Shown here: piece after piece, positions 13,070 through 25,153 of the stretch
Layout: each line of letters opens with the position of its first letter
How positions within the stretch are numbered: position 1 is the stretch's first letter
Source of the DNA: Octopus bimaculoides
Lineage: Eukaryota
Direction of reading: 5' to 3'
DNA length: 63,558 bases
NCBI RefSeq assembly: GCF_001194135.2
Contig: NC_068984.1
Coordinates: forward strand, 54,608,344 to 54,671,901
Program-made: the position numbers and the translations under genes
Notes under the pieces: generated by a model
The model's input: the letters and a program-made list of their open reading frames with translations, nothing else
Told to the model about the DNA's origin: nothing
Databases searched by the model: none

Positions 13070-13230
13070 NNNNNNNNNNNNNNNNNNNNNNNNNNNNNNN
13101 NNNNNNNNNNNNNNNNNNNNNNNNNNNNNNNNNNNNNNNNNNNNNNNNNNNNNNNNNNNNNNNNNNNNNNNNNNNNNNNNNNNNNNNNNNNNNNNNNNNN
13201 NNNNNNNNNNNNNNNNNNNNNNNNNNNNNN
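13070..13230. other. Assembly gap (N run). Others at ~16172-16279, 45788-46239, 47501-48029, 51208-51307, 53736-53784 and 55802-56454
   Basis: N characters; most gaps are flanked by microsatellites. X-containing ORFs in the track are artefacts. Confidence 0.98.
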
Positions 13231-13901
13231 AAATAAGGGGCTTGAGCATATTAGGAGGTCAGAGTACTTGATTCCATGCCAAAAATCTAATTTTTTTTCT
13301 TAGTGAAAAACGTGACGGTGAAAAGATCAATGGGGTGGGGTGGGGCGATATTTCCGAGGCCTCCACCTCACCCACCCCGTTTTCCGGACCCAAAAAGGGC
13401 TTTGTAGCATATTAGGAGGTCACTTGAATTCATTCACGATCTAACGATCGTGAGCCGAATACCACTGACTATTAAGTCGCGCGCCTTCATATGGTGATTA
13501 TATACAACCTGCAAAAACAAAATTTTGTGAGCACAGTGCCTTTGTTCCGGAGACGGAACACAGTGCTTTTGAGATAGAACACAGTGCCTGTGTTCCGTCT
13601 CTTCACATTTCATTCATGCTGTGTCGACTCATAGCAACTATAGATATATAACACCAATATTCTCTTTTGAAATTCTCTGCTGACGAGATATGTACCTCTA
13701 CGCATTTCAGGAAGTAAATTTATATATTTTGTGGTAAATATCCTATACTTTATGCTCTACATTTGAGCTCCATTGTTTTCGTTTATTTCACATGGACTTA
13801 AAGTCGTATCACAAGCTACTTGCTGAGTTGTTGTGTGCACTCAGTGAATAATTATTTCAACTGAATTAACATTGTACTAAGTTAATGTGCGTCTATTTAC
13901 T

Positions 13902-13903
<2 letters not shown>

Positions 13904-13983
<80 letters not shown>
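13904..13983. repeat. (CA)n microsatellite
   Basis: Direct reading. Confidence 0.97.
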
Positions 13984-13986
<3 letters not shown>

Positions 13987-14316
13987 GTCTGCAATATAAA
14001 CAGACGTCATTAAATTGGTATCTGGTTCATTTCTGTTCTCTTACCTGGTTCATTCCTTTTTTATTCCTTTGATAAAGGTTACAGCCCGAAACATATCCTT
14101 TTACTCTTTTCATTGTTGTCTTTATTTATATTGAACACATTTATTTTCATGGCATACGTTTCTTTGATTCTTATTGTTTTGTTTCATAGTCCTACGCTCT
14201 TTTTACCACGCGTTTTACTACTCTAATTTCCTATGCTATTCATTTGTCCCTTCTTTTCCTTATTATTCACTTCATTTTATTTGTATTCGATATATATTAT
14301 ATATATATATATATAT

Positions 14317-14354
<38 letters not shown>

Positions 14355-16140
14355 GAACTATGAAATGACACCCATCGGAAGGAACGTTTATCAGTGGTAA
14401 TTCAAAGTGTTAAACCAATTCAGATTTCATTCCACAACAAATTGCTATCGTGGTGGCGTACGTTTAAATATTTGGTTCTTCGAGGAAAAAAATCGTTCGA
14501 AGAAGAGCTCTCCAAGAACACTTTAAAATGCCTTTATTCACAATCTTTAGTAAACCTATGCATTATAAACAAGAAAACAAACGAACAAACAAACAGAAAT
14601 GACTAAAATTGGAGCTACTTAGGCAAAGGAAAATAACAATTAGCGTATTATAATCTATTTTTCTGCAGTCTGAATGAGTTTTATGCAAATATTCTTTTTC
14701 AAATAACAGTTCATAACATTTCATGCTTCTGTCCACCACTACAAAAACAAGACAAGGCAAAAATAAAATAAACAACAACAAAAGACGTAAGCAAGACTGA
14801 AGCAAATTAAAGACGCCGAATAGCAAAATAGTTAAATGTGAATTGTGTAAATTATTTTCCTTGTAACCTTACGTTTGTAATAAGTAAATGTGCTGGCCAA
14901 TTAGCAGCCTCACATGATGGTTGCAGGTGCAATCTTTGTTGTCAACGTCAGCTCATCAAAAAGACATGCCATTAAAATACTGCTAGGATTCCAAGCAAAT
15001 CCGTTTCGCTGGCATATTAGTAATTGGTCATGTGTCTTATAATGAAATCTAATTCTCTTATAAGATAACAATATCCTGTTGATTATATGATATACTAATG
15101 AAACAAAGTTAGCTTTTCCTAAATAATTCTATTGTAAGAATAAGGTGGTTCTACTTTATAAATTGTTACCAGTTGTAGTATAAAAAAAGATAAAATTTAA
15201 ATATTTGGTTTCTTTTGTATAGAAGGAAGAGAAATCGCAATCGCTGACTCTGGTATCATTTCCAAGTTAATTAGCAGTGTAAATGATGTAAAACTACTTC
15301 AATCAAGAGGAAAATATTGTCTTATAACTAGTCTATAAGAAATTTATTATTTGCTTGAAATTAGTGTACACATTGCAGTGATTATATTTATTAAAGAGTT
15401 AACTGTACATAGCACATCCATACACTAAATATAGCCATTTGTAAGTGATAAACTATGGATTTTCTGTAGAATCCATATCCAGTACTTTAAGTTACAGCGT
15501 TTCGTATAGGAATGTATCTATGTAAACAATGCGATCGAAAATTGAAAAATAGGTAATGCGCTATATGCATTTTTCAAGTGTTATTTTTTCGTTACCACAA
15601 CATCCAACCCATTAACTATCGACGAAGACACTGCTTAAATACCCACTAATTTTAGCGATGTAACACTATTGTTAACAATTAATATCTATGCAGTAGCTGC
15701 CAAGAATGTATTTAATATGTATATTAGTCTTTTAAATAGTGTTACACGACTTATCTTAATGGGTATTCAAACAATGTGTTCGTCGATAGTTCATGGGTTG
15801 GATGTGGTGCTGATGAAAGAGCAATAACTCTTGAAGTATGCATATACAAGCATTACCAATTTTTTCTATCTTCAATTGCATCATTTAAATAGACGTATGA
15901 GTAGACAAAGCGTCTTAAGTTGCAGTGCTGGTTCTCATATAAGATCTATAGCTTATCACTTAAAAATGAGAATATCGCACTGCTAACACAAAACGTATGA
16001 TACAATATCGACTTACAAACCTTTAATATAGTAGTATTAAAAAAATTTCGGATATTCAATATTTCAATATTTCACGTACGTGAAATATTATTGTAAGTTC
16101 TAAAGTAAGTTCGGCTGTTGTGTAAACACAAACAACTACA

Positions 16141-16171
<31 letters not shown>

Positions 16172-17306
16172 NNNNNNNNNNNNNNNNNNNNNNNNNNNNN
16201 NNNNNNNNNNNNNNNNNNNNNNNNNNNNNNNNNNNNNNNNNNNNNNNNNNNNNNNNNNNNNNNNNNNNNNNNNNNNNNNATATATATATATATATAAAGT
16301 TTGTTATATATAGTAAACTTTTGGGCTATTTCGACGGCCTAGGGAGTGACGATTTACATAATACGTAGAACATTGAACTGAATTACTTTCGGTACTTCTT
16401 CAGGTCCTGAAATCCTACTGAAGTTAATTTTGCCTTTCATCTATTCAAGAACAATAAAATAAAGTACCAGTCAAATACTGTGGTCTAGTATCATCGACTA
16501 ACCCTTTCGCCTCAAAATATCTGACCATGTAACTAAATTGGTAATCATCCTACTTATAAAGGTATCAAACAAGAGGTTTTAAGCCTTTGTCTGTCCATAG
16601 CAATTTCATAAATTTGTGTTAAATATCTATACTTGTTTCATACTTTTAGTTAGCCCTTGATTCATACGTTCTGAGTAAAATAAAGCTTTCGTTTCTTGAG
16701 TTCGACGTTCTTCTGCTGGTTGAAAAAACTGGGAATGTGTATATGATAAATGAATGCTAGGGAAATATGTGCTGTGTATCACAACAGGCAATGGACAGGA
16801 CAGGTAAAGAGTTAAACATAAAATTGAATACGTTCGTATTTACAGATAGTATTAAGAAATTCTCGTGTAAATAGATAAAAGATATTAAGTTATAGTTGAT
16901 GGTATCTAAAGATTTATGTTTAAAAAATATTCCAATTAATTATGATGGAATGATAACAATACAAAATTTGTATTTTTACTTCGATTTCAATTAATTAACT
17001 GTGAATCGTGCATACACAATATGAATTTATTTCAGGTTTGGTAAATTAATAAAGTTATTTCTATCGAAATAAAATAAATAGCCGTATGATTTCATATTTA
17101 TTGTTAACTGATTGAAAACTTGGAAGAACAGAGAGCAACAACTAATTTTTTTCTGGTCAAAAATATCATTACGGGTTTCGTAAAGTATATATGGTTTAGA
17201 GTTGGACGAGTAAAATCAATATAGCATAAATCACGAAAGAAAAATATAAAAATAAAAGATTGGTTGCTATTAAAATTTATCTTTGCAGTGTATTATATTG
17301 TATAAC

Positions 17307-17346
<40 letters not shown>

Positions 17347-17383
17347 CTCACACGCCTACACATATATCTTCTTTCATCTCTTA

Positions 17384-17670
17384 TTTGTTTCAGTCATTAG
17401 ACTGCGGCCATTCTGGGGCATCGCTTTGAACAATTGTTAGTCGAACGGATAGACCTCAGCCCTTATTATCTTTCTGTAAAACACACACACACACACAAAT
17501 ATATAAACATACGATGGTCTTCTTTCAGTTTCCGCCTACCAAATCCACTCACAAGGCTTTGTTCGGCCCGAGGCTATAGTAGAAGACACTTGACAAAGTT
17601 GCCACACAGTGGGATTGAATCCAGGACCATGTGGTTGGGAAGCAAGCTTCTTACCACACAGCCATGCCTA
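17384..17670 (-). mobile_element. tRNA-derived SINE family B (CORE-like middle)
   Basis: Reverse complement reads GGCATGGCTGTGTGGTAAGAAGCTTGCTTCCCAACCACATGGTCCTGGATTCAATCCCACTG (A/B boxes), then TTGTCAAGTGTCTTCTACTATAGC. Homologous to 53279-53575 and 55225-55690. Confidence 0.88.
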
Positions 17671-17739
17671 CGCGCGCGCGCACACACACACACACACGTT
17701 ACATACGTATAATATGTATAACAAAATGATGCCTAAATT

Positions 17740-17952
17740 GATTCCAAATTTTGGCACAAGGCTAGCATTTTGGGGGATGTGATAAGTTGTTAACATCGAC
17801 TCCTGTACTCAAACGGTACTTATTTCATCGACTCCGAAAAGATGAAAGGCAAAGTCGACCTAGGCGGAATTTGAACTCAGAACGTAAAGATGGACAAAAC
17901 ACTGCTGAACATTTTGCCCGGCGTGCTAGCGGTTTCGCCAGTTCACCACCTT
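17740..17952 (-). mobile_element. SINE family A, full length
   Basis: Family-A consensus; perfect 16-bp TSD AAATGATGCCTAAATT at 17724-17739 and 17953-17968. Confidence 0.92.
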
Positions 17953-18366
17953 AAATGATGCCTAAATTAGAATGAGGTAAAATAGGATTTGAAGCAATAC
18001 AAGGTTTACAAATGTTCCAACTATTAAAAACAACGTGGTTCTAGTTTTGCAGTATAATAACAGATAATTTTAGGTATACTGACTGTTTTGATAAAAATGA
18101 ACTGCAGAAAAATATTTTTGTGTTTGCTGAATCTATTATATGTGGGCAATATATTTTAAATTGAATGATATATAGAGCAGTGCTGGATCATGTAGAAGTC
18201 TATCTTGCGGGAAAATGTGGATGAAGGCTGGGTAAATATAGCAGGATAGGAGTGCTATGGACTTGGTAATTTATTCTCTTAAGGGTATTTATTGATTTGT
18301 TCACACGCGCGCGCACGCGCGTTCACACGCACGCATGCGCACGCACGTGCACATACATATATACTA

Positions 18367-18475
18367 GTTCCAAAGTTTTGTACAAGGCCAGCAATATCAT
18401 GTAAAGAATGTAAAGACAGACGAAATGCCTTAAGCATTTTGCCCGGCGTGCTAACGATTTTGTCAGTTCGCCGCA
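18367..18475 (-). mobile_element. SINE family A with central deletion
   Basis: Head (GCATTTTGCCCGGCGTGCTAACG on plus) joined almost directly to tail (TACAAGGCCAGCAA); B-box and central domain missing. Confidence 0.75.
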
Positions 18476-18504
18476 AAATACATACATATATTACATTACT
18501 TTAC

Positions 18505-18902
18505 ATACATAAAGAATACTGGTGGAACTTGAAAATCAAAGCAGCTATCAAGTTAAAATAAAACCGGCCAGATATCGTTGTGTGGGACCACATAGAAAGG
18601 GTATGTTCTGTTGTGGAAATCAGCTGTCCCCTGGATAAGAAAATGGTTAGAAAAATGTAGGAGAAAGAAGACATCTATGTGCTATTGATAAGGTGTTTGC
18701 AAATCTAGTACCCAAGATACACCTTCAGCTTCATACCCATATTATTGGAGCAACAAGATACACACCAACCCGTCTGAAGCAAAGTGTGGCTGAACTTGGA
18801 ATCTTGGGGAGAGAATGCAAGTCCTTAATTCATATGGTACACATAATCACAATATCTGGGACTATAAAAATCTGCAAGATCTTTCTAAAATTAAAAGGAT
18901 GA
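18505..18902 (+). pseudogene. 3' fragment of an R4/Dong-like non-LTR element, restriction-like endonuclease (REL) domain
   Basis: Translation WWNLKI..NRPDIVVWDHIERVCSVVEISCPLD..EKEDIY..FIPI.IGA..IITISGTIKICKIFL fits the PD-(D/E)xK REL motif. Stops and a frameshift. Confidence 0.8.
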
Positions 18903-19639
18903 CAGTTAAAACAAGATACTTTCCTTCATAATCTTGTTAGCAAGTAGGTAGCCGGTCAAAATTTACTCTAAATTAGAAAGCGAAAGAGAACATACATTCA
19001 TACCTACACACCTACAGACATATTAAGGACAACTTGAGCAGATGAATTTTAGAGAAGCATGTATCTTGATTTTGGATTTACTAATATACACAATCTCGGA
19101 CTTACTAATATATGAAAAATATAAATAACATAAATATTATCAGATAGTATTATACTTCATAAATAAGTAAACACACACACACAATACATAAAACGCAAAC
19201 ACATATATGCACGTATGAATGTTGTTTATATTAAAATTATTCAATATTTGATAAAGTTGTCTTGTGACTTCCGTGCATATAAACAAACAACTTAGATTTA
19301 TAAAGATATGACTATACAATATACATAACTTTAAACGTTATTATCTTTTGCAGAGTTGTGTCAGATCAATACTATGGTATGTTTGTAAATTACATTTTAG
19401 CAACGACAGGTTAATATATGCTAAAACACTTGTATTAGCTAATAAATATCTGTTTTTAGGAAATGTAATGCAGTCAAGTTAAACGTAAAGTTAAGAAAGG
19501 AAGAAGTAGATTAAAATAACGTTAACAGAAAAATATGCAAATTTGTATAGTTTGAAATAAGTGTTCATTTTTGTAAATGAAAGTCTGAAAAGGAAGTTGT
19601 AAGCTGTATGTTCAATAATTAATATTGTTTATCTTTTAT

Positions 19640-19880
19640 TTGTTTCAATCAATGGACTGCAGCCATGCTGGGGCCCCGCAATGAAAGGTCTTGGTAGAAA
19701 CAAGTAGCTATTCATCTTTAGGTCTTGTACTTATTCCATGACTCTCTTTTGCCGAGCCGATAGATTACGGGGACGTAAGCAAACCAGCACCAGTTGCTAG
19801 GCTGTGTAGGGGATCAGACTGGACTGACACAAATATACATACACATCTATATATGATGGATTCCCACACAGCGGACTCAT
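19640..19880 (-). mobile_element. SINE family B, degenerate 3' part
   Basis: TTTGTTTCAATCAATGGACTGCAGCCATGCTGGGG...GATTACGGGGACGTAAGCAAACC matches the family-B 3' half. Confidence 0.65.
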
Positions 19881-22800
19881 ATTTCTAGCATCAGAAGTTG
19901 GATTTCTCCCTTTAAGAGGCATTTCCGTAGCGAAGTACTTGAATGTACATCCACCTCCTCCTTTCTACAGATAATTTTGCAGATTGAAGTGATTATTTGC
20001 TCACTGAAGTATGACAGCACTAGGAAACAGGTATTAGGAAAGTTTATCCTTTTTTGTGTGTTTGGGAACATTAGTAATGATGGGCAGCCGTTAACCTGCA
20101 TCATTCTATTAAATGTGAATCGGCTTTTACTTCTTCAAGCAGCAAATTTATCACCTTCTACTAACAATGAAAACGCAGAAATCTGAACGAAAACACAAGA
20201 TTAAACCCATTAGACTCAATTTTACTAGCTGTGAAGAACTATACACAAAATTTCTTATTCTTTAAGCCTTTCTTGAAACCTTTCTTATAGCTGTCAATAG
20301 ACTTAATGGCGCCATGCAAGGACATGAGCAACTCAATCCCAAAACACTAAAACACTATAGATATGTTTTTAGCTATGACATAGTATCCCTCTACATCTCG
20401 ATCTCTGCTCCCCCGTTTTATTTGTGCTTACTTATACTTGCAGCGGCTATCAACCGGGCGGTGGTTGTGGTGGTGATGGTAGTGGACTTAGCCGGCTCTG
20501 ACCAACGAGTAGAGTTCATGATCGGAATTTCGGTGGGAATATAAGTTCACATATGGTCTCTGGTCACATGCATACACACTTTGAGGTAATGAGATCCGTA
20601 GCAGCTTATCTTGCCGTCGATTGTCGACCGTCGCAGAGGATTCGCTAAGTCGCCGCCGATTATCGGAGTAGGCATAGCCTGGATTTGAAGCGGGTTATTG
20701 AGATATGCTTTAACAAAAGCTCAGGAGTTCCTCACTCCCTGTAGTTTTCCAGCATGCCAGATACCAACCCAGAATTTCTGAGGCCCTGTACTATTGCTAG
20801 ATAGTCGTTAAACCTATACTAGAGGCTGGGTTCATCCATCCTTTTACAGGCCTTATTTTGAGTCTTGCCGGGATTCTTGCAACCCTCTTCATCAGACAAT
20901 CCTAGTTGGAGTGCCCGTTTACTTACCGACGACCGGACCATACAATAGGTTATATTGGATTCAATGCTACCAGAAGCACTCATGAAAGACCTCATAAGAC
21001 ACCTAATACAGGCCCTCCTATCTATCAAACTACTTGCTGTCTGTTTCTTTCTTGCAATCTCTATCGCCTTTACCTAATTCACTTACATATCCGTTAATTC
21101 CACTCCATCATCGTATACAACGCATACCTCAACATCTTCAGCCTCTCGTCCAAATAGGTCTGAGATCTACCCATATGATCCAGGCTGTGAGATTACTGGT
21201 TAGCACATAAACGGACCAGTGGAAAGCAGAACATTTAATACCTGCCACTCTTGTGCCTTCTCCAACAAATATGCATATGACATCCCTATCTGATCATATG
21301 CAAAACATTTGTTAATATTCATAACCATTGCGGTTTCAGTGCAGAACAATCCTGCGACACTGGGTCACACTCCATACTAGCTATCTAACTCAAAGTGTCA
21401 AGGTCGACTAATACGGCTCGTGATTGTCCAGAGTAATGACAAGTGCAACGAGATAGTGGATAGGGTTACCGATACCATGCAAATCCAAAAGGTCCTGGAA
21501 GTTAACAGCCAAATATTATAACTTAGTAGTTACTGGAAAGTTCCAATCCCAAAGAACTGAGTAACTTTTCAGATATCTATTTCTTGATCTCACAATTTTT
21601 CTTGAGGATAAGTAATGTAAGAAATATAGGATATGAAGTTGCCAGAAGTGGTTAGTGTTTAAAGTAAAATGGGATTTGCTGTCCATTATGATGTATCAGA
21701 TATACTGGACCTCGATACAGAGTACAGGAGATGAAACATTTTAGTTGATCTCTGGTGAGAGAAGTGGCAGTGTAGTGGCAGAGATGGGCTAAGTGATCAA
21801 TATATTCTACAAAAACTTTACGTGGTGAAAGCATATTTTAGTGTGGCTATTGTATATTTAGACAGAAATACTTTTACGAAAACTTACAAGACCGAACTCA
21901 TTTTGTTTTAGTAACGAGGATAAAAGATGAATATTTTTAGCGTAACGTGGATAAAAGGTAAAAGATAAAGATCCAGGGAGGTACAGAGATATTGCCCCAA
22001 CAAAAAGCCTTGGGAAGTTAAACAAAATTGGCAAGAAGATAGTACTAGCAGCCAATTCGTTTATGATATTAGAGAGAATTATATTCAACTGAAATGCCTT
22101 GTGATTTATTTGAGCAACCCAGCCGTGTTTTTAATAACAAGCTACAATAAATAAATAAATAAGTAAATAAATAAGTAAAAAGGCGTGCCACATCGTCAAC
22201 AATTGCCTACATACTTGTTCCAGAAACGACATACACAATGAAACCAAAATAAATGTTTCTTAATCAGGACCAATAATTAGAAGGTTACTCAATACCTCCC
22301 GCAGTGCTCAAGTGGTACTTTAATTCAACAATCTTGGAAAGATGAAAAGTCAAGTTAAACTCAGTGAGATGAGAGATCGGAAATTGTCGAAATAAACACC
22401 TCAAGAATGGCCTCTGTCATGCTAACAGTTCTGCCACATCACCACCTTGACAATATAATCAAAATAATGAAAATGAAAGATCATCTGAATTCGCAAGTTC
22501 CACAAAAAATTAATTTTTCTCAAGTAATCGAAACCAAAAGTGTGATCATATCTTGTCACAAGTTCTAAAATTATCCTCCTTTTTAGGAATATATTTCTGC
22601 ATAATTTTTTCTCAAGATTTTAGTATACTGACCATTTATTTAACTGAATATAAAATATTTCCTATACATAAAACCAAACCATATTGTTAGTTACAACAAC
22701 AAAAATAAGGAAAAATAAATTTTCTAAATTAAATTAAAGGAAATGATAAATAAATACTTTCATTGCTATATAATGCTTGGCTGATGGCACGGTATATCGA

Positions 22801-25153
22801 AACCCGAAATATATCTAATGGATGAGTTTACGTAACAGATATTTAATAAACTAAGTCTAATCCAGTGTGAAAATTAAGTCTATTATTTCTGCACCTCGCA
22901 GCGATATGATGTGATCAGAAATATTTGTTTCAAACTTCGCAGTTTTGCAGAAATATGTAGTTATCGTAATAGGAGAAACAACCTTTAGCTATCCTTTGAA
23001 GTTCAGAAAGCGTATACCGATTGTGACAATATCGTCTTTGATAAATCGACACTTTATTTCACATAAACGAACTCATAATAGTGAGAAAAAAAATTGCTAC
23101 GGGATTTCAGTGTTTAAAATAAAATATTTTAGCGATAGTAAAATCTACTTGCATAGAAATACTTAACTCTGCGCTCAAGAAACTTGAGGTAACTATAAGA
23201 ACGACCATAGGCAAGGAATCATTTAGAAATTCAAATCATGTAGAAAGTTTAAGCTGTTTTATTCCTTATTAAGCAAAAACTTTCGTAGACATTCTATTGG
23301 TGTTTACCAATGTTTGCGTACTGTTGTCTAAAGTTGGACAAGGTTAGTTCGTGATGGAATTTCAATTCTCTGCTAAGTTATATCAGTTCAATCATAACAG
23401 TTTCACTCTTGGTCATTAATTATAAAACAGATTACATACACATTTTTGTTACTGATTTTTTTTCTTTAGAAAGTAAATGTTTTATGCCACCACCTAAGTA
23501 AGTACCAATTGAAACATGATTACCTATTTGAACGCTAAAATATTTGTTTTAAAAATCTGTGCCGCCCACAAATTAGATTTATAATTTGTAATATCTAGAC
23601 GATATTTTCTATTTATTGAAATCCGTACAAGCAAGTGTTTCTTCGAAGCAAATGTAATATGTCACTTCTGGCGATGTTTTCTTTTTTGTCCATTTATTCT
23701 GTTGAAATAAGGTACATATTTAATTTCGTCCGAAATAGTTTCGTAATTTAATAGATCCTATATAATTGAAAATATATTGCAGTAAATCCTGAAAGATTTA
23801 ATATTGATAGTCATATATATCCGTTCTATAAGGGGACTGAGTTATGTAACGTTTTAAGCTATCTGTTTTTCACAATAGCTATTTCTAATAACTAAGAATA
23901 AAGTGCAATATTTGTTGGGCGATTGTTTCTGATAATAGTTTCTGTTGTTGCTAAATATATAAAAAAAACTCAAGGAAAATTTTTGGGAATAGAATAATGT
24001 TGCTTAAATGAACTCGTGTACATATGTATTTTTTCTATTTGCTCTGGAAAGATGAAAGGAAAAGTTGAATTCGTTAGTATTAGAACGTAGAAAGCTGCAA
24101 ATAATTTATTCCGTTGCTCTATTCTTTCAAGACCTCCACTAATTTTATCTCAGATAAACCTTTCTATATGGACATATAACGTCTAGAATTTTCTTTTGCT
24201 GACCGGATTAGAGAAAATTACACTTTCTTATTTGAAATTTACGCTTTAATTTCTTTATACTTAGGGATATGTTTTGGTATTATGCCAAAAAGAAAGACTG
24301 ACACAGACAAAGTTAAATTAAAAAGAAAAAAAGTGCCAAAAGACCAAACCTTTTTTATGCTTACAAATGATATAATGATCAACTTATAGAGACGATAGTT
24401 AGCTGGCTAGTCAGAAGTTCTTTTTAAATCATTTGCACTGAGAGGTTTCCTGGCAAAAATGCAAGCCCTTCATGACACACTGTCCTTGCCTGTAATTTTT
24501 TGTTTAACCCATATCGAGCTTTTTTTGAGACTAAGTGTATAATCGGATTTCATGGATTGATGAAAAAGAAATCTATGAAAAGTGAAATAACTTCATAATT
24601 AAAGGCTTTATTAGCTTGAAGTGCTGCACATAAATTACCATAAATTACCATAAATGTAATTCATGTCTCTGGTTTAATTTAGCGAAACTAACCTTTAGAA
24701 GTGCTCAAATTATTTCTTCCGTTGTTTTCAGGTGCGAAGACAAGAATCTCCACGTTGTTTACATTACCAAGTTTAGACGTGTCATGTATTTAAAGCACAT
24801 TACATGTGGACAGATTATTTCTTTATTAGGCATAAAGCCCTAAATACAGATGGGGACACCACAAGGACAGACAAAACCACAGTGGGGACAAAAAACATAA
24901 AACGAATGTAAATGAGATGAAAGTTATATAAAAATGAAAAAATGAAAATGGACGCATGGGCCCCACTTCCATGCAGTACCATTTGAACCATTATATGTAT
25001 TATCTACAATTGTTCTTTTTTCCCTTTAATTTCATACTTTTTTTTTGTCTTTAGTAGAACTTCATCAATGGTTCGATATGTCTTAAATTCACCACTGGTG
25101 GCAACTCTCCAAATTTCACCTCCACTCCTGGCGGGTCAATGCTATCTCCACAC

